Part shown: positions 14,191 to 24,351 of the stretch, in pieces
Numbering within the stretch: position 1 is the first letter of the stretch
Layout: each line of letters starts with the position of its first letter
Assembly: GCA_964187785.1 (NCBI GenBank)
Contig: OZ076421.1
Location: forward strand, 37,262,001-37,326,000
Length of the DNA: 64,000 bases
Direction of reading: 5' to 3'
Origin: Amphiscolops sp. MND2022
Lineage: Eukaryota
Made by a program: the position numbers and the translations under genes
Notes under the pieces: model-generated
What the model saw: only the letters and a program-made list of their open reading frames with translations
What the model was told of the DNA's origin: nothing
The model's database searches: none

Positions 14191-14326
14191 GTGGGCATTG
14201 AGTTGCACGTGGAGAGTATCAGAGACATAGCGGGAGACGCGACCATGGATCTCTACATGATAGAGACCTGGACCGACTGGCGGGAGGCTGGCAAGTACAA
14301 CCACACCATCAAAATGTCTGGAAAAG
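14191..14326 (+). CDS. Cys-loop ligand-gated anion channel, exon 2
   Basis: Acceptor TTGTATTTAG|GTG. Reads VGIELHVESIRDIAGDATMDLYMIETWTDWREAGKYNHTIKMSGK (beta1-beta2, W-x-D-x-R motif). Donor AAAG|GTCAG, phase 1, matches exon 3. Confidence 0.9.
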
Positions 14327-14350
14327 GTCAGGTCACATGTTCCTAGTTGA

Positions 14351-14833
14351 AACAAGCCGGGACCGGCCCAAGTCGGCGCCATATCTAAGGCTCAAAATTA
14401 GCAAAAAGACTTCAAAGTGTCAAAGTATTTTCTTCTACAGCACTCGAAAAAAATTTGTTGAAAAAAGGCTCACAATGTCGAAAACAACTGAAAGGGGGAA
14501 CCCTTTGGGATTTTTCAACATCTATTGTGTCGCAAAACTCCAAAAAATTGAAGGGGGACCCTTTGGAGAATTTTTTCCCGAAAAAAAACGTCTCGCAATG
14601 CCAAAAAAAACTGAAAGGGGGACCCTTTGGTCTCGTCCGGTATTGTACGTTACGCGGGGAAACTTTTTTAGTTCAGTTCTTTGGGCCAACGGGTACAATT
14701 TGGCGTCTTCTTAAAATTTTGTAGAACTTTTGGTAAAACTATTGTGGTCACTTCAGGTGGTCTTTTAAAAAAACACTGACGAAAAGCCATGACTATAGTC
14801 GACTCTTTTCTTAAGAAAAGCGCCGACCAAAAA
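14351..14833 (-). mobile_element. HINE-like family A copy in intron 2
   Basis: AACAAGCCGGGACCGGCCCAAGTCGGCGCC...GCGCCGACCAAAA; subterminal inverted repeat GTCGGCGC/GCGCCGAC. Confidence 0.75.
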
Positions 14834-15979
14834 TGCACATCTTTTGCAAAATTTTTCACAAAACCTCTTTGCAAAAGACAAAGAAAATGCAATATCTGAC
14901 ACTCCCTTTTACAAGATTCTTGTAAAGTTTACGAATTTCAGCTAAAAATGGTACAAAATATAAAAAATTTTACAAACCTTTTACAAAATTTGCATCATTT
15001 GACTTGAGAAAATATTGAAAAAAAGTAGATGCTAACCTATTAATCAGAAAAAATCATGGGAGGGATAAATGACACCATACTATTAACTTTAGCTTTGGCA
15101 ACAAAAGGATCCTATGTCTATCATAAGTGACCTCGATCAAACCTTTCTAAAACAGCTGAGAAAAAGAGAAAAAAAATACAATTAAAAAACCAAATAAAAT
15201 CATGCAATTTCCCATGACCCCACGACTGACCCTCGGGGATTTGAAACATACCATGAGTCATTTACTAATGTTCATGATAAAAAAGTATTCAACAACATCA
15301 AAATTGTTTTTTTAATACAAAAAGACAATCAACGCTGTTCTTGTTTCTCTTAAAAAGGGGTGTTTAAACCAGCAAGTTTTGATTGCAGAGCAAAAAAGTT
15401 CTTTTTTGTGGATATATTCCTGAAAAGTTTTGTGGCTGAAAAGTAAAGAAAAAATTGTGAAAACGTTTTGGATACTTTCAATTTTGTTGAAAAAGATAAA
15501 AGAAGTAAAAGAACGTTAAAAAGAGTGTGCATTTTTTATTTTAGTCCAATTTGAATCAACATATTGAAGAAAAAATGAAATCTGAATTCGGAGAAATTCA
15601 AAAGTTGAAGATCGAAAATCTTTTAGAGCTAAAGTGATCATTCAATCGTGGGCTACTCTTTTTACTTCAATCTTACTAGCTTTCGTGAAGTAACCCTTTA
15701 GTGGCATAATTATTACGTCAATTTGAAAGGTACGGCGACAACTCATACCAAGTGACAACTCATATCAAACAAAATTCATATCAGAAAATTGAATTCTAAA
15801 TCAGAAAAAGTCTGTTTAATGAATTTATTCCAAATCATCTGTTTAATATTTACAAAAATTTATTCACTTGAGGAGATTATGGTAAATATCAGTGCCTTCG
15901 ATAATTTTTTCATTATCATAACTTGATTTAAAAGTTTGCAGGGAAATTAATTAAATAATTAATCAATTAATTTTTCCAG

Positions 15980-16932
15980 GCACTGTCAACTTCTGCTGGA
16001 TTCCAGACACTTACTTCATTCTAGCCAGATCTATCTACTACAGCCCATCATCACAAAGTCTAACTGTCCAGAAAGACGGAAAAGTGTTTCTGGATCGCAA
16101 AATCCGGCTTGTGACCCCTTGCACGCCAGAAGTCTGGTTCTTCCCATTCGACGTCACAACTTGCAAAATTCTCATATCCAGTTACGGCTACGAGGAAGAC
16201 GAAATGGACCTGTATTGGCAGGAAACCGGGATTGATTTTCCCTTCGAGTACGAACCCTTGTCGGAAATGGGTTTCAAAATGATTGGAATGAAAACCAAAA
16301 AGTTCGCGGCCCCCTATGGTACGTCAAACTTCACAATTTTGGAAGGCCAGATAGAACTGAAGCGATTATACTCAGTTTACATCTATCAAATTTACATCCC
16401 CGCCGCACTGCTGGTCCTGCTATCTTGGGTCTCGTTTTTCATCAACCGAAACGCGACTCCGGCTCGAGCCAGCGTGGGTGTGACCACAGTTCTTACCATG
16501 CTAACTCTGGCTACCCAGAGCCAGCAGAACATGGAGAAGCACATAACTCTGGAAACAAGTTTGCTCGATGTGTACATTTGGGTCAGTTTTAGTTTCGTCA
16601 TTGCCGCAATGATGGAGTTTGCGGTTTCGGACTATTTCAATGACCGGAAAACCCGCGCTAAAAACAAACCCCGTCCGGCTGTGAAACCCCAGATCTACGA
16701 GAATCATAACAACAACAATCTGAACCCCATTCACAATAACATAGGAGGGGGGCCTCACCCCTCCATACCCCTAATCCGCAATTCCGACTCCGGCGCCCAA
16801 CCACCTGTCGAAAAAAATTCCATTTCCATCGACGGAGCTGCCCGTATATTTTTTCCTCTCACTTTTTTCATTTTCAACACAAGCTATTGGATCTACGTTT
16901 TTATCCACAGTCAAAAAAGTGACGACACATGA
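15980..16932 (+). CDS. Cys-loop ligand-gated anion channel (GABA-A/GlyR/GluCl superfamily), exon 3 with the rest of the ECD and M1-M4
   Basis: Acceptor TTTTTCCAG|GC, phase 1. Contains WIPDTYF (loop A), C-x13-C Cys-loop CTPEVWFFPFDVTTC, SSYGY (loop B), M2 with PAR anion-selectivity motif (TPARASVGVTTVLTMLTL), M3 and M4 (IDGAARIFFPLTFFIFNTSYW). Spliced CDS is 294+136+953=1383 nt = 460 aa plus stop. Confidence 0.95.
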
Positions 16933-17699
16933 CGAAATATGACGTGACCACAAACACAACACAATGATGTAATATACATTACGCAATCATATGACGTCAG
17001 AAATTACATCACAGCCATGACAATCCTGGAGAAATTCAGGTCGCCGTATTGACCTAATGTAGATTTTTTGGGTTGGAATCAACAATGCAATAAAAACATT
17101 AAATTTCAATAGTTTTGCCTAATCACAACTAAAAACAAGAACCCGGAAAATCGGAAAAGATTTTTTCACTCGATCAAAATTTTCTGCCTAAATTTTTTGA
17201 GATATTTCATTTGTTTGAAAGATTTTTTGACACTTATTTAGTTATGAGTTATTTAGTTATTTAGAAAAAAAAAACATTTTAAAAACAACTTTAAAACCAA
17301 CGCATAAACCGAAACTCTAGAAAATGGTGTGTGATGCAAAACAAGCGCTTGAAACAAATTTTCGGACAAATTTTTGTTGAGAAGCTTCAAATCGGTTGTG
17401 ATTGGGCCCAATTTGACTGAAATCACAAGCAGAGCCCATGATGAAACAGGGAAAACAATCAGAAACCGCGTAGAAAGTTCAAAGGAATTGAATAGTATTT
17501 TCAATAATAAATTTGATATAATAAATTATAAAATGGTATAGTTTGAGAAATAAATTATCTTTTAATTAGACTCATGATTACAAGCGGAAGATTTCTCGCT
17601 TCTTTTTCACTTGATAAACGTTTCTGAAGTAGCAAATAGAGAAAAGTTATCCAATAGAAAATTTGCTTTAAACACTTTTATTTTCCCTTGGATGCTGTA

Positions 17700-18020
17700 C
17701 TTTTTGATCGATAGTTCTTTCGGATGCTACCTCTCCATAGCAAGTTATGATACCATATTTGCAGCAAATGGTCAAACAATGGTCAGCTTGAAACTGTGGT
17801 ATCAAAGTGCTGTGCTCAAGTTCACAAAGGTCTGACTGCTCGCCGTTGCTCTTTTTTTGTTTTGCTTTTCTCCGCTGAGTGTTATTTTTTGTCATTGACC
17901 ATCCACTAAGCTCGAAATGAAGGACTTGCTTAAGGAACAACAATGGTGAGTTGAGAGAGATTCGAACCTGAGACCGCCCCAGTACAGGCCGAATCCTCTA
18001 ACCACTACACCATGCTCCCC
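17700..18020 (-). mobile_element. tRNA-derived SINE
   Basis: The - strand head GGGGAGCATGGTGTAGTGGTTAGAG...CTGTACT...GGTTCGAATC has Pol III A and B boxes but its stems do not pair as a functional tRNA. The downstream body (CCATTGTT..CCTTAAGCAAG..CACAGTTTCAAG..GACCATTG) is homologous to 54744-55050. Confidence 0.7.
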
Positions 18021-18699
18021 AAGTTAACATGAACTTTCATGTTATGTGTCGAAGATTGAAATATTTCTGCAAGAAACATTGCTTCGGAAATGTAGGGTGG
18101 AGTTTTGCTACATCAGGCCAGTTTGAATCAAATAAACCCGATGATGGAAAAATGCCAAAAACCAAACTTGAGTGAAAGTTCCCAAAACTTGTGGTTCCTC
18201 TTGAAGGAACTGAAAGTTAGGGAATCTGAAAGTTTTTGGAGGATCCTTCCCTTCAAACTAATCATCGGAAATTGAAATGGTTGGGCTCGTTGGCGTCCAA
18301 GCTCGACCCTAGTTGAAACTGCTGGAGAGTTTTTCATGCTTCCATAATCCTTTCATTCATGCAAGACTCATTTTTTGTACTAAACGGAAACTTCCGGGAA
18401 ACCTTTGGAAACAATTAGTAGGATTAATACTGAAAATATTTCCACTTCTTTACTTTCTTCAAAGATCACTTTGTTTAACGCTTAAGTTTCTAAGCTGACT
18501 AACTTATGTAATGACCATTTTCCAAATTGCTCACCAAATATGACGCTACTTTGAAATCCATAAAGTGACTGAAGTTGATTTGCATTAAATTGGTGATAAA
18601 ATTAACGTCAGTACAGTGCAAATCCAGAATTACCATTTTGCTGGGTCTTTTTCAGCGTATAGAAAAATCAAAATCTCTGGACTAAGATTGGAGCAATCA

Positions 18700-19100
18700 T
18701 TGTCGTGCTCGAAAATGTCAGATCATATTCCAGTGGTTCGGGTTCACCTTCCAGTGGTTTTAGATCTTATTCCAGTGAAACGAGAAGCGAAGCAGAAAAT
18801 TTTTCTCGGACGTTTCCCAGGGATTCAAAGAATTATATTCAGGAAGATTAGAGCTTATTATCAGAGAAAAGAGAAAAGTTAGTTTTTCCAGATGTCATAA
18901 ACAATACTTTATAATAAACAGAAGGCAAAAACATGAACATCCGAAACGGACAAGGAATGAGCGTAATCGCTCTTCAAGTCCTCGCCCTCATTATAGAGAC
19001 CTTCAGATCGTATTCGAGTTATCTTTAGATATTATTCCAGTGGTTTTCGATCTTACTCTAGTGCATTTAGATAACCATCCAGTGGTTTTGTATGTTATTG
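18700..19100. repeat. Degenerate tandem array of AGATCTTATTCCAGTG-like units
   Basis: Repeated (T)AGATC(T/A)TATTCCAGTGGTTTT units, related to internal repeats of HINE family B. Similar units occur near 12330-12480. Confidence 0.6.
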
Positions 19101-19193
19101 CCAGGGACCGGATTAATAGGATTCAACCAAAATCCATCTATTTCACCTAATTTCCGTTTGTCACAATCAGTCGGTCGTAAAATTTGATTGGCA

Positions 19194-19580
19194 GACAAGA
19201 CGCCCGCTAAGCACCGGGATAATTTCCGCCCTTTTTCGCCTTCACCAACTAAGCCATAGCTATTTTGGGAGGGGGAATAGGATCTAAAGATTAAGATCTA
19301 AAATTTAGCGATTTAAGATCTTAATCGCTTTAGATCATATTCCCGTCCTGAAATTTTAGATCTTATTCCCGTTAGATCTTATTCCCTTTTCCGACTTTAG
19401 ATCTTATTCCCCACTCTAAGATATTTAGTTTTTGACTATTTTAGCCACTAAAATAGTTAAGTAACTAAAAATAGTCAAGTAACTGTGAGGTCGGGAGGAG
19501 ATTTGGCAGAATTTGAAAAAAAACGCATCACAGATCATGATTTTCCCTCCCCCAAATTTATTTGTGGTGTCGGAAAATAA
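19194..19580 (-). mobile_element. HINE-like family B copy
   Basis: GACAAGACGCCCGCTAAGCACCGGGATAATTTCCGCC...GATTTTCCCTCCCCC...GTCGGAAAATAA. Confidence 0.7.
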
Positions 19581-19749
19581 TAAATGAAAAAAAGCAAAGA
19601 AAACCTTATATCAGGCAAACAAACACGCTTAAGCTACCGCTCAATTCTAAAATCACCGCAAATTCACTGAAATAACCTGATTATGCCACCTGTACAGTCA
19701 CTAGCATCACTATTTTGCAGTTATTGCGCAAAAAAGATGTCCTTATCTG

Positions 19750-20640
19750 TTAAAGATGTTGAAACGCTTGATGTTACGAAGCACCTGCAAACTCAAAAAC
19801 AATATAAAAATGAAAAACTGGAAAAACGAAAAACAAAACTCTTGTTTGTGTTTCCCAATTGACTCTCGTCTATGTAATGTACGAATGTACGTCAGAAAAT
19901 GTACGATAGCAATATCGTAAGCAAATACACCATTTTCAAGATTAGACGATCAAGATTATAGAAACGTTTTGGAAGGAGAAGTGGGTTTATTTTTGCCATT
20001 GGAAAGTTCATTGCGAAAAAGTCTTGGATGTGTTAGTTGAAAAAAAAGTTGGAAAAGAAGAATCTACTGAACGCGAAAAAGTGGTATGCAATGTTCGACG
20101 AAACAAATAAACAGAATGAGGGAAATTTAGTCGCCGTTTTGATTGGGACATTGGACTCACCAGCAGAACTTTTTTTAACACTATTTATGACTGACCGTGC
20201 CGCATATTGCTTGAAAGTCGGAAATTTTGTCATCAATATTTCCTAATGTTACATATGTTACCCGTGAAAGTCATGCGATTCAGTTATCTCTTGAAGTTGT
20301 TAGAAGAACCAACGAAAAGGCAATTAACTCAATATCAGCCCTAGAACTTGCACTTCCGGGTGCATAAAAATTCTTTCCGGGACAGTGACGCACAAATGCA
20401 ATTTTCATCATTGTTGTCTATGGAAAAATCTATTGCAATTCGAGAATCTTTGCATTCTCACGGTCAAGTCTTTGATGATGTTGAATCTATACGAACATGC
20501 TCTTTTGGCACCGAGGCGGAATTGAAATTCAAAACAGTTTTGTAAAAAAAAATATCAGGTTTAGAAATTTTGCGAAGGTCAGCCAAATATCTTGATGCAC
20601 CCATCACAACAACCGAAGCTAAGCGACTTGTCAAAACTTA
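19750..20640 (+). pseudogene. Decayed hAT-like (CGGBP1-related type) transposase
   Basis: Frameshifted segments ANTPFSRLDDQDYRNVLEGEVGLFLPLESSLRK, WYAMFDET, VAVLIGTLD, FMTDRAAYCLKVG, FPNVTYVTRESHAIQLSLEVVR and GTEAELKFKTVL. These follow the order of hAT motifs (first D, second D in TD-x-A, CxxH-like region). Confidence 0.6.
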
Positions 20641-20830
20641 AGACATGAACGCAGCCAACATTTTGATTGAATCCATGCAAAAACTGTTTTTACGTTTGAT
20701 TTATTTCACCTGTTTTCACCTATTTTGGTTTTTAATATCACCTATTTTAACGATCGATAGCACCTTTTTCACATATTCTAGGAACTGTTATCACCTAAAA
20801 ATCTGGTCACTGATTATTTTGCAATTTTAA

Positions 20831-21101
20831 ATATACCCCCTTTCAATATTTTTCAGCATTTTTCGAAAAATATATATTCCCCAAAGGTACCCACTTCAAT
20901 TTTTTTGATGTTTTGCAACAGAAATGTTGAAATACCTGAAAGAGTCCCTCTTTTAGCGCGCCAGGAGCCTGTTTTGTGCCCGGCGCGCCAATTCTGTCCA
21001 ACGTTTGGGTTTTTTTGTGTACTGTAAAAGATACTTGACACTTTGAAGTACTTTTGCTATTTTCGAGCCTTAGATATGGCACCGACTTCTCTAATAGCGT
21101 T
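20831..21101 (+). mobile_element. HINE-like family A, partial copy
   Basis: ...ACTTGACACTTTGAAGTACTTTTGCTATTTTCGAGCCTTAGATATGGCACCGACTT matches the reverse complement of the 14351 end. Confidence 0.65.
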
Positions 21102-22098
21102 AATCGCTCACTGCTTCCTCTTGTCAGCATAGAGCACGGCTTTTATTTGTTTTTCTGTTGTAATTCTAAATTGGAAACACATCAAACTCATTTTAAAATA
21201 GAAGAGAAATCGAGGCGAAGTTCAGTGATATGTTTTTCCCCAACAATTTAGCGTCAATCTGAAATTAATTCACATTGATGCGAATAATGGAGCCAAGCAT
21301 CTTACTGTAACACTCGTGTCTTCAACTGTTGTATTGTACAAAATTGTACAAATTGTACACTGAATTGTACAAAATTGCCTATTTATTTGATCAAATGTTT
21401 GATCAAAAATGTTCTCCAAATTCCAGATGAAACCGTGTATCTCGAAACTCAAGTTTCTGATGTTTTTATGGGGATTAAACCTATAAGAAGCTGAATTGAC
21501 CCGTTTTTTGTTTACTGGAAAACAATAGAATTTTTCAGCAGATTTGCTTTTGGTCTAATTTGAATATTTTTGGGTTCTTTGAAAATTTATCTGGCACAGA
21601 TTCAGGCCGATGCCCACGTTTTTCAAAGCAAAGGAATGAAATGAAAACCGTATTGGACATTTTATTTAGACGTGTCATTCTAAGCATCATCATCAAGTAT
21701 GTCTCAAAGAATTATGCAGACTCTAAAATAATTTTTGACATATTAGAGTTTTAGTTTTTACTTCATAAATTTAGAGTTTTCTAGAAACTTCATTTTCACC
21801 CATTATATGCATCAAATTGGGTTTCATCCTGAAACTTGAATATCGTTCTAAAATGTTTGTCGTCCATCCTGTTGCCTTACTCTGTTCTTAGCTTCCTGTT
21901 AGACTTGTATATATTGTCGATGAAGAAGCGATGAAAGAGGCAGCAAGCGTATGTAAGATGGTTTTTAAATTGAGGCCTTTTGGCCATATTTCGTTGCTTT
22001 TAGTGATGCTTGTTGCTTTTGACATCACAGCTTCCGCGAATTAGATATGATCAAGTCAGTTTTCGTAGATTTGAGTCCATTTATGAGCCCTTATTTAA

Positions 22099-22877
22099 TT
22101 TAACAACCGTGACTAGATGTTAAATCTATGACTAGAGTTCCTTTTTGTTTCCTATTTCAATCGGATGCGAGGACGGTTGTTTTAAATAGTTTTAAGCTAG
22201 CTTGCTTTTCTGTTGTCGTTCTAGGATTGCTCGAGTTAAAACTTTCTTCTGCTTTTTAGGAAAGAATTCAAATTTAAGTTTAATACGTACAAGTTAACAA
22301 CTTACATTATTTTATCAATCTGCACAACTGGAGTTGAAGATAGCTGGTGGGGTTTAGAAGCAAGGTTGGAGTTGGGGTGATGAAGTTGAGACAAAAGTCA
22401 GAACTGCTTTCTTCTTCGGAGTTAATTTATTGAATGATCAAGATTAAATTTTTGTGTTTTTCGAAAGGTTCGAACAAGTTTTTTTCATGAATTTTATCAA
22501 GGGGTAAATAATTGAGCACAGTAATTAAGATTAAATCCAAGCATGCAAGTTGACAAGTTGATACGAAGAATACGAAGAATAATTCCGAGCAAGATGTAAC
22601 AGTGGTTGAGTATTCAATACGTTTTAACAACATCAGTATTTAGAGGGTACAAGTTATAACAAAGTAAATGTGAGTTATGGTTTTAATTCTTGTTGAGAGT
22701 ACAAGTTATAACAATGCGAAGTTAAGTTATGAAGCAACAAGTTTTAACAAATGATTGTTCAAGAGGGGCTCTTTGCAAAGCGAGTTTTAAATTCTTGTCT
22801 GTTTTGTTTGTTTAATAAGGTACTTGAGTTTTCTTGTTGCTGTTTTGTTTTATCTTGTTCTGTCGAGGCTCGTTATA
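22099..22877 (-). repeat. 3' LTR of element 1
   Basis: Colinear with 34008-34786 at offset 11909; about 9 substitutions and no indels by manual comparison (about 1.2%). AATAAA on the - strand near 22425. Confidence 0.95.
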
Positions 22878-22880
22878 ACA

Positions 22881-22890
22881 GGCTCCTCCT
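22881..22890 (-). promoter_or_regulatory. Polypurine tract of element 1
   Basis: The - strand reads AGGAGGAGCC just upstream of TGT-TATAAC at the start of the 3' LTR. Confidence 0.7.
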
Positions 22891-23047
22891 GTGCAGAATT
22901 GTGTCCTTACAATTATACTAGCTGGTCCATTCAGGAATTGAATAGCAGGTATAATTGAGGATATTCTATTCGGCCTTGTTTAGCAGGGCGTCCATCGGAA
23001 GTATTGGGCAGGCATTCGGGGCAGAACAGGCGGCGGGAAAGAAGATC

Positions 23048-24151
23048 TTAAAGGCCTGTAAGACCACAGTGGTCATAGACTACGCGAAGGGGAGGATGCA
23101 TGAGAACCCGCTTGATGTTGGTAATGAGGGGCACGAGTCGCGCCGCATCATGTGCCAGGGGCCCAGTGAGGGTATTTTTGTCGGGGTGTATGAGGCGGAG
23201 TAAAGCGTTCGCCTGCGAAGATAAGAATGTAGTATCCGCATCAGATTTGCAACATAGGAAGTGATAGAGAGTGTCATCGGGTGTCGTTTCAGCTTCGAAA
23301 TCCGTCGGTAGCGAGGTTAAATGACTGAGGAGAAGTTGAATGGCGGCGTCGGGGGAAGTATTAGTCTTGCGTTTAAGTTGTGATTTAAGTTCGTTGATTT
23401 CCTCAATTCGGTGGAGAGATTCTTGCAGCAATTGATTATGTGTGACGCGAAGTTCCTCAAGGGTTGCTTTTAAACGTTCAGACTCTAATTGAGCATTGGC
23501 CAGGGAGCTTCTTATTGCAACAGCTTCAGCGTTGGCTTTTTCATACAGGTCGAAGTAATTCATTGCTTCCTCGCGAGCTTCACAAAAGGCAGTGTTCAAA
23601 TGGTCTACGCAGGAGAAGTCCGTCATAATTGAGCACCAGTCATCGAGGGCTTTATCGGTAGTGAGTTCGCATTGAATAGCGATGTCATCAGTATCGGGGT
23701 GTACTTTTGGCGGTTCAGGGTCAGGACAAAGGCAGTTGTTGGTAGGAAGATCTACGGCACACGTAGAGTCTGAGGTTAACGGGGGTGCAAGGCAAATTTG
23801 ATGCCATGAACGACGGAAGGGGCGGTTGGTGGTGTTGATGCGCTGTAAGCGCACGGCCTGCTGGTCGGGGAGGATCTGGGTGACACGATATTGCACATCT
23901 TCTACTAGGTATACATTGTCGCCAACACTGAGAGGGTGCACTCGTCCGGAACAAGTTTGCACAGGGAAGGGCGTGTTCTCCGGAACTCGGGTGTTGAAGA
24001 ACTGGAAGAAAGACCTAAACAAAAAAAAGTCATGACTAATTGTTTTTTTTTCATTTAGTATAACCCTATTATTAGATAAGACATACTGAGTAGTGTAACA
24101 TACGGAAACGTATGTAAGGCAGCTGAAACGTACGGGTACGTACGAGTGCAT
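23048..24151 (-). CDS. Retroelement accessory protein: SH3/Tudor-like barrel, coiled coil and C-terminal DnaJ J-domain (probably spliced, exon starting at 24014)
   Basis: Uninterrupted 367-codon ORF between env and the 3' LTR. The C-terminus TLYHFLCCKSDADTTFLSSQANALLRLIHPDKN...ITNIKRVLMHPPLRVVYDHCGLTGL follows the J-domain pattern (HPD at 23181-23189). Strong acceptor TTTTTTTTGTTTAG|G at 24015/24014. Confidence 0.85.
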   Translation of the reverse strand: MHSYVPVRFSCLTYVSVCYTTQYVLSNNRVILNEKKTISHDFFLFRSFFQFFNTRVPENTPFPVQTCSGRVHPLSVGDNVYLVEDVQYRVTQILPDQQAVRLQRINTTNRPFRRSWHQICLAPPLTSDSTCAVDLPTNNCLCPDPEPPKVHPDTDDIAIQCELTTDKALDDWCSIMTDFSCVDHLNTAFCEAREEAMNYFDLYEKANAEAVAIRSSLANAQLESERLKATLEELRVTHNQLLQESLHRIEEINELKSQLKRKTNTSPDAAIQLLLSHLTSLPTDFEAETTPDDTLYHFLCCKSDADTTFLSSQANALLRLIHPDKNTLTGPLAHDAARLVPLITNIKRVLMHPPLRVVYDHCGLTGL

Positions 24152-24351
24152 GAATCATGAGAACGTTGGCAACTGTTGGAATGGCACGGATACATGCCAA
24201 AGGGGGAGGACTGGGCCTCTGTGTGAATCTAGCGAGAGTCTTGACAGTGTTTGATTTCAATTAATAAATATGTAATATTTAGTAGTGGGTGACGCGGGAA
24301 CACGTACAAAGGGGGCAGCAAGCTGTTATTGGAAATCGAGGAGTGTAAAAC

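Noticed and set aside
11937-14724. ORFs 11937-12242, 14337-14714 and 14455-14724 (KLKGGPFG repeats)
   Set aside because: These are translations of the internal tandem repeats of HINE family A.
17944-18020. Functional tRNA-Tyr gene
   Set aside because: A and B boxes are present but the D, anticodon and T stems do not pair, and the flanking body is shared with another copy, so it is a SINE head.
18700-19100. CRISPR-like array
   Set aside because: Units are degenerate, of irregular period and without unique spacers; the context is eukaryotic with no cas genes.
24016-24151. Met at 24151 as the true start of the J-domain protein
   Set aside because: The first about 45 codons run through an AT-rich branch point and polypyrimidine tract ending in a strong acceptor; a spliced start is more plausible.
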